This document shows positions 24,755-38,160 of a stretch of 64,000 nt of DNA, piece by piece. Position 1 is the first letter of the stretch; each line of letters begins with the position of its first letter. A program made the translations under genes and the position numbers. Origin of the DNA: Patellaria atrata CBS 101060 (Eukaryota). The stretch lies in contig MU006093.1 of assembly GCA_010093705.1 (NCBI GenBank), forward strand, positions 127,785 to 191,784. The letters run 5' to 3'. The notes beneath the pieces were generated by a model. It searched no databases and was not told the DNA's origin. It saw nothing but the letters and a program-made list of their open reading frames with translations.

Positions 24755-26888
24755 GCTGAGTTCTCTTACTTTCTGATTTTGCCCATAGATGGTCCCATGT
24801 ATACAACACCCCCTTCTCACACATGTTTCGTTCGATTGGCTTTTCATACAGGAGTAACGGGTATGCAGGAAGGGTGAGCTTAAGTAACTAAATTTAATTG
24901 TAAAACAGGTCCAATAGCCTCCACCCTGTTCGCTGCGCACTTAGCCCGCTTCTGTGTGATACTATGGGTTCTTTCCTGCAAACCATGTATTCCTCCGGCG
25001 GAAGAAACCGTCTCTTTATATCTTACAGTATCATTGGCAGAAAGTTTCTGTAAATCATTATGTCTGAAGACTGAGCTGCTCATGTGGTCACCCTGCATCC
25101 CATCCCCTCTGGGCCGCATGCTTATGGATACAACCGCAAAGTTTCCATTTTAGCCCATTTAGAGCTGCACATATATCACTGTTGGTTACCCAAATGACCT
25201 TGAGCTGCTCAATGCTATTCGCTGCTTTTCCACCGCCATTTCACCCGCGTTACTGGGCAGTGTTGAACGCCGACGAGGTACTTGTCCAACATCTCTCCTC
25301 GAACGGGCGTGGGAAAGGAAAAATACCATTGATTATCTAAGTAAGAAGCTAACATCTACAGCCTATGAAGGTTTAGAAGAGAGAGAAAGCGGAATAGAAC
25401 TCGCCTACGATATGTACGGTCATACTGTTGGCCTAAAGGTCGACTTTGTACTCCCAATCTTAGGGCATGACCGAGTGTTCGTACCCCACTTACCAACAGT
25501 GTTACTGTTAATTCCGGAAACGGGGTCATGGGACAAGAATTTCATGTGGTGGAATGACTTCTTGTCCCCAATAGCTCACTTTGGGACCCGGTATGGAGTG
25601 TGAGCAAGCAGTATCTCATTGTTACACAATTACTTTTCTTCTCAACTGCCGTGATGAGGCGCTATAGCTAGTATTACTGTGCCCTTCAAGGTTACGGTAT
25701 TTATCAATTTTATTTTCCATCCCTTTCATCAATCTAAGTTTTCATATATCGGCTAGTCCGACTCCTATCCTGGAGATCGTCATATCGTATAATTGATACT
25801 TCAATGTTAATTTAGCACGAAAGAAAGTACCACCTGCTATCGAAGTTGCTTTTCAAAGTTTCTCGATGCATTCGCCTTCTTTTCCTTAAAAGTCCATCGA
25901 TATTATGTAGAGGCAGTTCTCGCGCCAGCTGGGGAACGGAAATCCGTGGCCATCTCTCGACTCTGCCCTCCTGAATACTCTTTTCGAACATGATCCTTAT
26001 TTGGAAATATTCTCATTGCAACGGAGTATTTCCTCTGCAAAGATCATAGGGCGGTTCAGCGAAAGTTGACAGAGTGAAAATCACACTTGGGTCCTCCAAC
26101 AGTCGACCTCTAAATGAGGCTCTTGTCATCTCACTCTGGTCAACAGCCACAACCCCTAACTCGCGTCACTTCGATATTCACAATTGGAAACATGCTCTCT
26201 GTTAGGGGGTTTTACAAGAAGACATACTAAATGGAGGGTCTCATTAGGTCTGCAAAATGATACAACATCTGGGATATGGACATCATCCAACCTGTTATAC
26301 TATCCATGAATGATATTTTCTATATTTCATATTTGACAAAAAGTGCACCACTGAACAGTCATTCCTATGCCTTTTTTTTTCCCCACATAATATCCTTCCT
26401 TTTTGTAAACCCAACTTTGTGGCTATTTCCATTCAACCAGACGAATATTATCTGGAAAGAAAGGTCTTCAAACTTTTGACGATATGAGCAGGTCTCACAG
26501 ATATGGTCCTTGTACTGTCTGTGCTTAGATTTTACACAGGATCGGAATGCCCATTACGATTCTGCCTTGGTTGGTTAGTGAACCGTGCATGACAGTTACT
26601 TACAACAATGGCTCATCATGCAGTCAGCCGAAGCCCGAAGAGCATCGGGTACACCGGGTCTATTACAACATTGACCCAACTTCGTACGGAATACCCACGA
26701 CGCAGGCAAAATACTGGAGGGCAGATAAGGTTTGGGATAGAACTATGAGGGGTCAAGTGATATTCGATTCGAAGATTATCGGGTGGCTGAAGTAGAGGGA
26801 CCGCACGAATAAGAGATGCTGACACAAACAATACAAGCACACCCACAACGTTGCTCTAACCTAGCACACCACAACTTTTCGCGCAGCC

Positions 26889-29800
26889 TCAAAATCCAAA
26901 CGAATCCAGCAAACTGTTCGCATCCGGTTCCTGAAACTGCGTGGGTATCCTCTTCTCCTCATTCTCTCCTCTCTTGGACTTCGTCTCGCCCTCATGTTCT
27001 TCATCCTCTTCGATCACAGCCTCTGCGTCCTCCATCCTGCCGTCGATAACAGCTCGAAGTCCCGGAGACGGCAAATCCGCCACGACTAGAGAGCTCCGTC
27101 GACGTAATAGTTTTCTAGGGTCGAAGTTAAAGCCCTCTATCATCGAAGGTGTTTGATTTTGGTCTTGGAATGTTTGAGAATCAGACCGCATATGCATTGG
27201 AAGCGACGAGAGGGATCTCCTTGGTTGAGGCGGAGGCGTGAGAAATTCCCAATTGCGGACTATGCTTATGTTAGCTAATATAGAAATGAAGGAAGTGAAA
27301 ATATCTCAAAAATTTATTTACCAAGATCAAGAGCTAGATAGTCACATCCCATGCGATCGTATAGCCGGGCTGTGTGAAGGATGAAATCTGTTTCAGTGCG
27401 TGGAGAAACCATCATTGCGCCTTTGAGGGTCTGGAGGGACTTTTGGCGAAGCTGTTTGTAGAGGACTACCAGAGCAGGATCGTCTGCGAGGAAAGATTTT
27501 GATTGGAGGCGAGGTGTGTCAAGAGGATTCACGAGAGTGTTTAGGGGCATCTAGACGTGTTAGTGAATACGTAGAACCTGATATCCTTTCTTTGGCTAGA
27601 GAAGAACTTACTAATAGTGCCCGAACTGCTTTGTCTCGTTTCCCTAGCATCCAGAATGCCCAGGTAGCTAGCCATCTATTTCCTTCGAGGGCTGCATTTT
27701 GGAGAACTTTCTCTTCCAGGAACTTTTGTAGTACAGGTCCGTCGTCGCCTTCGTAAACACGTGCAACGGCGATAGCCAGCTGCATATCCTGCAGCTGATT
27801 GGAAATTACACTAACGGCGTCTTGGAGATGATCGGCTAATAAGAAGAATGCTGCTGCGTATTCTGTCTACGCATAAGTAAATCACCTTGTATATGATTCT
27901 TATCTTGAACTACTTACCAAATCTACGCTTTCCCATAAGCGCATATGCATTCTTCAAAGCTGCAGTTTTCCACCGAGGATCCTGAAAGTTGTTTGAGAGT
28001 AACCGTTGAGTCGGACCTTGTTCGCGACTCCAGGTGGCTATGCGCCAAAGTCCGATGAGCACTGCTTTCTTTTTGAGAGCTAGGTAATATAAACTGCAGT
28101 CTATAGGGTTCTTCTCATCTGTTTTCGTGTACTCATTTCGGGCAATTATCTCAAATTGGGTTCTCTGCCTCGTGTTAGAGTGAATTCAAATATTCGATCA
28201 AGAAGAAGCCCACCAATGCAGATATGTCAGTCATCCACATGAATAGTCCACTTTCTCTTGCATGCCGCCATAACATCCGTCCCTGATAATGCCTTGAAAC
28301 AAGGTCGGTAAGGATATCTTGACTTTCGCTATGGGATGCCCACGTGATCTCCCTCCAAGAAATACCCTTGGACGGGCAAGACCGATCTTTGTTCCGAAGT
28401 ATGTTTTGACGGAAGAAGAGTAAAAAGCGGGTTGCATTCTCGTCTATAGAGCGACGATGCATCTCAACAGTACCTACGCATTCTACAATGTCTGCGAGAT
28501 GAAATTGTTCTCGATTTGTAAGCTGGGGAATGTCCTTCTCTACGAGAAGCTGGTTTAGCGATGATGCTACTTCTTCGTTAATGACCTCGGGCTCTTCATC
28601 GTCCGAAAAATCGGCATAGGAAGAGCTTAGCTCTTTACGCGCGAGATAGAGAATTGTCTACAATTCTTAGCAATATGTCAATATCAGGGACTTGAATGAA
28701 GTTACCTCTGGCTCTTTTGAAATATCCTCAGCATCAAATCCTAACAGGCCGTCTAATTCATCACCGTCCGTATAGAATTTTAACCTCTTGAATAATCGGA
28801 TGAGTATTTGATGGACGAGAGGTAATTTCCCTGCAAGAATACATTGAGCTAAAAATTGGGGATGGAACACGGCAAGAGTGCCATTGAGGGTGCTGACAAC
28901 CGTAAATATATTTAGTGTCGCTATAGTGCTAGAGCTTAAGGGAAGTCTAGGGAGAAGGTCATTCATAATTTGTACGTGTTCGTCCTGCACAAACATTTGG
29001 TTTCCTGCTCCAATTACTAAGTTGCCGCTCCCTAGCCAAACTGAATCCCCAATGGGGTGAGGAGTAAGATCCCGCGTTTTGATTTCGCGTATTGGTGCCC
29101 AGGATGGAGCTGCATCGAGATAGTCAAATCTAAGTTGATTATATATGACTACTCTATGTGGAAATCCAACCGATAGAATAGACTGGTTGTCGGGTGTCGA
29201 AGACCAATCCAAGTCCTGGATATCACCCTGACCTTCGAAATGTTCTTCGTGTTCTAACTGAGCGCTCCTCATATTCCAGATAGTAAGTGTCGTTTTCTCC
29301 GAATCAACCAGAGCAGCTTTTCGAATCGACGTACCACTAGCTAGAGACGGATTGGGCACTTCAGTTGGGACTGTGGACGTATGCAACCACTCGAGTGTTC
29401 GATCCTTCTCATTCAATCGTGCGGTCCAAGAGTCGATCACACCAGAATTGGTATATGATATAGCGATATCTCTGGCAAAAGTATCAAGAAATCCCGATAT
29501 CACCGAAGCAGTACCAGCAGGATCTACTGGCAAAACAAAGGCCAGATCATCACCAGTTCCAAGATCAAACTGACCAAATTCCTCTAGGGATACAGGCTCC
29601 TCTACGGTAGAGGGTCGCCTTGACTCTAATTTGGGAGGTAACCTGACCTCCCATGCAAGACCTTTCATATCTGATGAAATGGTAGCCAAATGAACTTGTC
29701 CGCTATTTTCATTGAGCTCAGGAACTAGTATCAGGCAGAGTGACTTTCCTTGGATCTTGTAGGGGCGTCGGGCAATTTCAATAGCATGTGGGCCCCGAGT

Positions 29801-31385
29801 GTTCCACAGTGATATGCTCTCATGATGTAGGAATACCAAGAAGTCCCCTTCTTGTAACACACATAAGCGATGAATGTGTTCTGGAGTGTTGAATGTACTC
29901 TGTCGGGCAAGAGTCTTTCCCGATAAAGTCGCTCGTTGATTCCAGACAATACCTTCACCGCCGTTAGTCCTCGAGACCAGAGCTCTTCCGCTCGCGGTTC
30001 GGACAATCTTCTTGATGGCTGAAGAATGGCCGGTGCATATAGTTTTACGTGTTAATCTGGACTTTTGAGGCGATGGGTCAAACAAAGTATCAACCCTTCC
30101 CTCTAGCCATTCAAGTCTACCATCAAAATGGTGGGCAAGAACGGTAAAAGCGTCTCCAGGGTTATCACCGCAAAAATTGTAGAACTGCGTATTATCTTCA
30201 TCCGGCAGAACGTCTAAAGGAAAATAGAATCGCAAACCCTCAACATGGGCAACATTGAAGATATTTGACGCTTTCCGTACTTTACAACCTACGCTTTCTA
30301 GGCCCCATGCAGACATGTTTCCGCGGTCATCTAAAACCACGCATATCTCTGGAGATCTGTTGGCTATTTCGATCAGATGTGTTAGGGCATGCTGCTCTGA
30401 GTCAAATTTTGAAGATTCCTGAATAGCTTTCGTTGTTGCGATAGTGAAATCTCTGCTATCAACGATAAAGGCGTATCGACGTTGAGACTGTTGATTAAGT
30501 GGAACATGCCTTGGTTGAATAGACTCGAGCATATCTATCGTCGCCCAAAGCTCTAGGATTCCCAGGCCGTGAGGGTCCCCAGACACCCATATACGCAGTT
30601 TTTGATCCGCACATATTGTGTATAGAACGTTCTCGATATTCTGTTCTCTATGAAAAGGTCGTCGCCAGTGCATACCTGTTATTGTTTGTGGATGTGGTAA
30701 ATAAGCATAATCAAAGCACTGTTCAGATCCTCCAAACGACAGTCTGCGCCAAATCTTCATGAGTCGATCGTACTTGCCGGTAGATGCGATGAGACTCGCA
30801 TCGTATGAAAACTGGGCATACTTTGGCGGATTTGCAAGGGGTTTAGTCCAAAGTTGTTCGAATCCATTGTGGGTTGAATATAGGGTCAAACAGGAACTAC
30901 CCACGAGGAGTTCATCGTCCATTCCCCATGAAAGGGTGGCGATTCTATCATTCCGAGCATCACCTTCCAGTGTAAGATCACATTGAAGCGACCACTATTT
31001 CGCCAATAGTTAGCGATTTGAAGAAAATTCTTCTTGAGCCGAACACCTACTTTGACAAGATCCACCCCTTGTGTGTAAGGTTTATAAACATGCGTCACCG
31101 ATCCGGAACCGACAGCGATCCCCCCCGAGAGCTCATCGAGCTGTATGGCGTCCAATGATTCATGTTCGTCGAGATAAATGGTCTGTAGGATATCATGGGG
31201 ACCTGTGAGGATGACGATCGCGTTACCGGAAACATATGCCTAAGAGATGAGGGATGGTCAGTACAAGTCGACAGACCCTCGATCAACGTTTTTCAATTAC
31301 TGACAATAATGCGCCTCCCCTCCCATAAGCCAACAGTAACGGCCTGAAGCTTTGGTTGAGGCTTCCCGGGACGTATGGCCCGCAT
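26889..31385 (-). CDS. RAV1: RAVE complex subunit Rav1 (regulator of V-ATPase assembly; WD40 repeats plus Rav1p_C); 8 exons
   Basis: Start MRAIRPGKPQPKLQA at 31385; WD-repeat region; Rav1p_C motifs WASHSESQDIL, NPIDCSLYYLAL, WKTAALKNAYALMGKRRF|EYAAAFFLLAD, YDRMGCDYLALDL|VRNWEF; C-terminal SLLDSFGF. Seven GT-AG introns were traced in frame. Confidence 0.95.
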
Positions 31386-31971
31386 AGAAGAGATGCGGAG
31401 GCCTAGCTAGCCAACATTGTCTTTATTCAAAGAAGATGAAGACGGAGAACTCAGAGGCGGGGTACTAAGCGTGTTCAAGAGGCGATCAAGAGAAGATGGA
31501 GGTAGTATTTCTAGTTTTATGCAAGCATCGAGGTGACTTGCATGTGAGATGCTCATGTGGTTGACAATGTCTCTCAGATCCCGAAGCGAGAAAAGTTCGC
31601 GTTGAACAAGGGGGACATCAGGGTCCAGAGTTTTGTTATCTTCAATTCGAGCTAGGGATGATACTACACGATGAGTACGGAATACTGATTCTGATGCAAT
31701 GTCTGAAGATTTATTCTACTATGAATGATATGGGCGAAAAAGCAAGTATAAGGAAGAATCTGGCGTGCTATCACCTTCACTCTCATGACGCAGCTACTTA
31801 TAACTATCCTAGTTATTCCTAGTTCAAGTCACCACTTGCTAGCCGAGAATCCGGGGCTTCCTATGCCGAAAATTTCAAAAATATATAAAACAACGGTAAA
31901 GGGATACCTTACCTGACGCCACCAATTTATTTACCTAAGGTCGAGTATCTCTTCAAAACACTTACAGTAGG

Positions 31972-33781
31972 ATGGCGTCCAAATCTTCCCCTATGATCTC
32001 TCCTGTCGGGTTAGAGAATGGTGTTTATGGTTCGGATAACTCTACAGACACAGATACGGACACAAATTCCTTAAAGCAAGAAGACGAGGACGGTTGGGAT
32101 GACATGGAAGATGATACTGAAAAGATTGAAGTAATTCATCTATTTAATAACGGAAAATATTCAGATGTAAAGAGTATGATCGAGGACTGCAAATCACAGC
32201 ACAACTTTGACTTCATAGGGGTGCAGAGACAATTTGGTGTGTGCGTCTGCTCATGTACAATATCTCATATGATCCTCTTTAAAGGCTTATGTCCGTGCTA
32301 GATCTTGACTTCTACTCGACAATCAAGCTCGTGAACTACATACGTGCCGAAGTAAAAAAGGGCAACTTGAGTCCAGACCTGTCTTCGAAAGAGAAATTTT
32401 CGGATGAGACCTATCTTCAACCCGTCCTGGAAAATGATGCGCTTCTTTTCTGCCTGGACGAACTGACTGACTTGGATTTTGGAGCATCTAGCGCTATCAA
32501 TTCTTCAGTAGATTTGAAGCCTGCTCCAAGTGGAGAGAATGACTCCTCCGCGAGAATCAAGGAGCTTGAGGAGCAACTACAACAGCTTCAGACGCAATTC
32601 TCAGTATATCGAAGTACCGTTGAAAAAACTTTAGATGAACGCTGGAACGGACCGCAATCTTCCGATTCCAAGTCCACTCCCAAGGGAGATACGAGCGCCT
32701 TGGATGAAAAGGGTTACTTCGAAGCGTACTCATACAACGGTACTGTCTAACATTTTCCCAATTCCGGATTTATGCTAAGAATCATGCAGACATACATGAG
32801 ACCATGCTCAAGGACACCGTCCGAACAGACGCGTATAGAGATTTCATCTATGAAAATAAGCATCTCTTCCAAGGTAAAATCGTGCTAGATGTCGGCTGTG
32901 GCACTGGCATTCTCTCAATGTTCTGTGCGCGTGCAGGTGCATCTAAAGTGTTTGCAGTAGACAACTCTGCCATCATTGACAAAGCACGTGAAAATGTTTT
33001 CAATAACCAACTTACCGACAAGATCACTTGTTTGCGGGGTAAGATTGAGGAAGTTAAGTTACCAGTTGAGAAGGTCGATATCATTGTTTCGGAATGGATG
33101 GGGTATTGTCTCCTGTTCGAGGCAATGCTGGACTCTGTCTTATGGGCGAGAGACCACTATCTTGCTACTGATGGACTTCTTATACCATCGCATTGCACGC
33201 TATTAATCGCACCAATGGCCGACTCAAATTATGTAGCCGACAACATTGACTTTTGGCGGGACGTATATGGTTTCGATATGAGTGCTATGATGGCCCATAT
33301 CTACGACGACGTCTTAATCAAACGCATGCCAATGGACAGTCTAGCAGGCGCTCCAGCAATCTTTTGTACGCTACCTCTTCATCGCGTCTCCGTTGATGAT
33401 CTTTCATTCACGAAAGACTTCACCGTAGAACTTAATGAAAATGTAGATGCGTTGGATGGGTGGATTATCTGGTTTGATACGTTCTTCTTGACCTCGCGCT
33501 CGAGTGAGTTGAGGAAAGATGCTCGGGGTGAAGATTGGAAAAACGGAAAGCAGCCTGGTATTGCTTTTACTACTGGGCCTGCGGGGAAAGAGACGCATTG
33601 GCAGTCAGGCGTAATGCTTGTCGATCATGGGAAGAAGGCCGGAGTACCATTAGAAGCAGGACAAAAGATTACGGGGACTATCGTTTATAAAAAGCAAGGG
33701 GAGAATGGACGGAGTTTAGAGATTTCGGTCTCATGGAAATTTGATAGTGAGAACGAGCACCAGACCTGGCATCTGAAGTAG
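31972..33781 (+). CDS. RMT3: Type I protein arginine N-methyltransferase 3 (Rmt3/PRMT3); 3 exons
   Basis: SAM motif VLDVGCGTGILS, double-E loop SEWMGYCLLFE, THW loop (ETHWQS), N-terminal LDFYSTIKLVNYIR and YLQPVLENDALL. Introns 32237-32301 and 32740-32789. Divergent from RAV1. Confidence 0.93.
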
Positions 33782-34699
33782 ACAATGTGCGTCTCGCTCT
33801 AGGATAGATCCTATTCCCGAAACATAAGCAATCACATCTTAGAGTTCCAATAGAAACAATATAAAAGCATAAACTAGTGCTCTTCATAATCATGCCATTG
33901 AATAAGAAAATACTCTCGTTTTGTGCAAACTCCTGATATTGAAATGCTCTTTGCCGCTTCCTTTGTAGTGTGTACACTTAGTTGTTGTCTCTTTTTACCC
34001 TTATATCAACTATATGTTGTTCCTGACATTTCTTGACACCACTTTTCAAAGACTGCACTTGATCATTTCCTAGAAATCGGAAGACCGTACTGCCTATCGA
34101 TTCACCGTCCACTTCTGATCAGAGACACTCATCCTAACGATGCTGTATTCTATGGTGTTCAATGGCTGAAATACCGTTGAGGTGCTACTACCGTCGTTAC
34201 GAGGTAGATCTTTGCTTTACGTACTATACCCCCCGTGAGGCCATATTCCGGTATTAGTTCGAAAGTGGATCGCTGTATTACAAAGTTGATTTCGGCCGAT
34301 GTAGCCAGCTGACTGTAGGCATAGTAACCTACGTTTAGCATAGTGAGAATAGCCTATAGGAAGGGAATCCCATATTAGCCACCATCTTCCCATAGCAAAT
34401 CTTCATTCTAGCTTTCGGGGAACTCCTTGATAGAGGGAAACGGTAGGTATGAGAAATAGCCGCTGGATTTTGCTGAAAATCCCAGGTGGTCTGGGTATAC
34501 CCCCATCAGCTGAAGATGCAGAACCATTACATGTGGTAGAGCTTGATGAGCTGAGTATAAACACGCACTGGTGATGCTTGGTGAGATCTTTAATTGTTGA
34601 TAGAAGCCGGTCCGCGAGTCAGCTCGCTTCCGCCTTCCGGTGTTCTGTAAGATACTGTAGCTTGTATGAACCACACTCCATCGAAATCCTCAGACAACC

Positions 34700-35590
34700 A
34701 CGACTGGCTTTGAACGGCTCGAGAACTATGCTCATATTTTCTTATGATATCTGCATTCTCCCCTTGCTGATCACAGCCATTACGGGATGTACTCGATTGT
34801 GGTATGGTTGTGCGCTGCTTCCGAGAGCTTGCGAGCTATGACTGGCAAACCTAAATTTGACCTCATCATCGTCACCTCACTACTGTGCCAACCGCCCTTT
34901 CTTCTTCTTCCTCTTCGTCTTCTTCTCATCTTCTGGAGGTGAATATAGAGTCGCTTATTCCCTTCTAATGCTTTACCTGATTACGATAGCCACGAACAGC
35001 ATGCGGAGTCTCGGGTACCCGCTGTTACCTACCTTTTTCGCTCTATCGATGCACGTCCAAAGTCCAAACATTGGCACCGTGGGCTTCCGGCTATCCTGAA
35101 TGCCTCGCGACACATGAGTCAGCTCCTCAATGAAAGATTGATTCCGCTTGGTATCGCTCTTCTCGAAGGCCTTTCGAAGCCGTCATCGACTCTACCAAAC
35201 CGTAGAGGGACCCCTTGGAGGAATGCCGCGCAATATCGGATAAGCTAAGGATCGGTTTACAATACGAATAGTTAGTCATATTTTTTGATGTACTCTTGTC
35301 CAGGCAGGCCAAGTGAAGACCTTTCCATCCGCAAACTTTCTCTCCCAGAAGGAAACAACGAGGATACTATCCAACCTCACGAGGGACAATTCTTTTTCCC
35401 TTGACAACATGCAGAAAGAAGGGCAGCGTTTGCCGCTAGACCAAATATCTTCCAGTGCTTACATATAGTATCCCATGGAGGGAGCAAATCTTGTACTACT
35501 GTTACGGAAAAAGCTATACAGGTGTCAATATAGGAGAAGATACCTAAGGACGAATCTGAAATACTCACCTGGATTAAAACGTCATGCTAT
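34700..35590 (-). pseudogene. Probable gene relic containing a degenerate PHD-finger-like Cys/His pattern
   Basis: Minus-strand fragments CCQGKKNCP / RCFLLGEKVCGWKGLHLACLDKSTSKNMTNYSYCKP and a Lys-rich EDEKKTKRKKKKGR segment, broken by stops and frameshifts. Boundaries approximate. Confidence 0.3.
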
Positions 35591-36013
35591 ATCTCCTTTA
35601 TCCTGTCAATTAGTAGTGGATCATAGTCATTCATGCTGCCGAAACTGGAATACTGGAATCATGACCCATTTCTGATAAAAGTATAAGTGTATCATAGCAT
35701 TTGAATAACAATATTCGGAACTGGGAAAGAGGGTGATAAGAAGACTAATTTTATATTGGAAACAGACCTGGAATTTGGAACTCACTTTTCGATGCAGGTT
35801 ATAGTACAGTACACTTACTCATTGGAAGTAAGGCAATTAGCATGCAGAACTATCCTTTAGCCTTGTTGTCCCTTATACCAGATGATTCGAGGGCCATATA
35901 GTTACAATATCAACAGGATCTGGCATCTTGCGTCCAATCCTATCTTACAAGTTCTCCGCTTTTGATTCTACTAAGTACGGCATGGAAATCGAAAGATTAC
36001 GCACTTAGTAACC

Positions 36014-37462
36014 CTACACCTTTCGACCATGTCCATCATTGTTCCCCAAAAGGAGTCCGAAGCAATGACATGCCATTTTCATTCCAGACCGAAACGCTTC
36101 CATCTTTTCCGGGTCGTCAGGATGATAAGCTTCTGCCTCCGCCCGTTTGGTAAGCTCCCTGGCAACGTCTTCCATGAACAGAATTAGGTTCTCCGATTCT
36201 ACCTTAACCAGGGGGCTTATCTTCCTGGTTGTGGGATCGACAACTGCGTTATCAATTGGCAAAGTAAAGGGATCCCCAGTACCCGTAACTTCAATGCGTT
36301 AACACGGTATAAATCTGGTGCACGTTAGTGCCGTTTAACGTACCTTTCAAATCTGGATTAATTTTGGGGCCTTCGCAGACGACCCGCAACCTGCTATCTG
36401 GAGAGTATATATCATATGTGCCTTCTCGTCGTTCTTTTCAGCCTCGACGGATTCAGCGGGGCCATATATCTTCCTTCTCTTAGCTCTTCCTCTGCTACCC
36501 TCATAGCCCCTTTAGCTGTATTTCTGGGTCTGGCTTGCTTGTCGTCTGCACATGCTGGTTGAATGTTACTTTGAGACATTGCAGTTATTCGAGTATCTAG
36601 GGAGGACGGATTGCTCTCGTAGCACAAATGTGCAGATGCTGCCCCAGCGTGTATGGGCTGAGAATTGGAGGTAATGCTAAGGTGGTAATGGTACCACCTT
36701 TACACTGTCGCTAGTGATGATAGAGATATCGAAATCACTTACCACTGTATATTCCCAGGCCGCTTTTCGTTATCTCTCTTCGATCCAGGGTATACGGAAG
36801 AAGCGTTTCCCTTCTGCGCTTGCGGCCATCTACACTCTCTATTTCATCATCGTCGTTGTCTGCGCTCCTTTCTCGACATCCAGGCATTTCATATTTTTGA
36901 CGTTCTTCTATCTTTTCGTGCGCTTGGGCACACCTATCCTCTTTTTCACCTTTCTTCTCTTCCGTACCTACCTCTGCTTCTCTGTCTGTTGCCAATCCTG
37001 GAGCATCGTTCCCTATTTTCTCTTCCTTGTTTTCCGTGTTAGCTACTTCTTCTGTCTATTTACCAGTCTGTACGTCCTCATCCTCGCCATCCTCGGCCTC
37101 TTCGTCATCTTCTTGAGCTTCAAGCTCCCAATTCTCTTCCCCGTTTTCCTTTCCTTGGTCATTCCGAGCGCCCCCAAGTCCCTGAGATTCTTATCCTCTT
37201 TCGACTCTTCTAGTATTCATAGCGGAGGGTACTACTAGCTTCTTTGCCTTATTCTCCTTTCCGGGAATTGATAGCGCCTTTTCTTCTTTACTCTCTTTGT
37301 TATCCTCCGTCTCTGTCATATTGAATGTCACTCCTTGTCCTTCCACAGAGTCTTTAGCGCACGTTATTGAGCTAGTCTGTCAAACTTACTCTCATTGGCT
37401 TTGATCGGCCGTCCTGGCTTTGGGGTTCCTTTCCGCCTCACCCTACTCTGGATGTTACCCAT
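36014..37462 (-). pseudogene. Multi-exon pseudogene for an acidic/charged protein
   Basis: ATG 37462 (MGNIQSRV), intron 37340-37389 (GTAAGT..AAG), then one Glu/Asp/Lys-rich frame interrupted by TAA at 37191-37193 and TAG at 37056-37058. Further donor sites and ORF fragments continue to 36014. Confidence 0.55.
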
Positions 37463-38160
37463 ATTTGAGATCACGGACTGCTTCGTGTTGTAGAGGGGTT
37501 CGCAGGCCTATTGGTGTTAAGGAAGGATGACGAGTTGATGATGCCACTGAAAAACAGTCTACCTTTTCAGAACGAGGAGATGCTTAGGTAGCTTTCTATC
37601 GAAGAGGACGAGTTAGGAACAATATGAATGCTTTGGTGACCTACGCGGTAAGTAGAAGTCTCATTCGTTGCCGGGGTGATTATAGTACCTTCTACGCAAG
37701 TTTTTGCACTCCTGTGCACATGAAAGCGCTTGATTATAAAATTAGCGCGGGCTTGTCGAGAGTTTGGGACATTTTATAATGTGTAGAAAATCACCTAAGT
37801 GTTGATGTCTTTTTAGGCCTTGTTTAAATGCCGTTAACGCCTCTCTAGAGTCCGAAATCTATACTTGCGGCCGATTTCCTGCACTTGGTCAACTGGCCGC
37901 AGGATACAGCAAGTCCAAGTTTACAACCGAAAGCTTAGTACTCTATCCGAAGAATGGTTAAAAGAAAGTAGATTTACAATGATTAACAAGAGAGTAGAAA
38001 GCGGATTCCAAAGCAAGAGCTCTTCACAATGATCTACTCTAAATAGATTACTGGTGAATCCCATCTCTTGTGGAGTTAAGGAACTTCGAGCTGGATCCAG
38101 AGCGTATCCAGGAACTGACCGAGATCAGTAACATGATCTCACTTATAAGTTTAAGGTGTA

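Noticed and set aside
31660..31885. PAC/RRPE-like ribosome-biogenesis motifs upstream of RMT3 (ACGATGAG, GAAAATTTC)
   Set aside because: Only partial matches, compatible with chance.
36714..37238. 174-aa very hydrophobic plus-strand ORF resembling a membrane protein
   Set aside because: It is the antisense mirror of the Glu/Lys-rich minus-strand pseudogene, starts at GTG and has no supporting signals.
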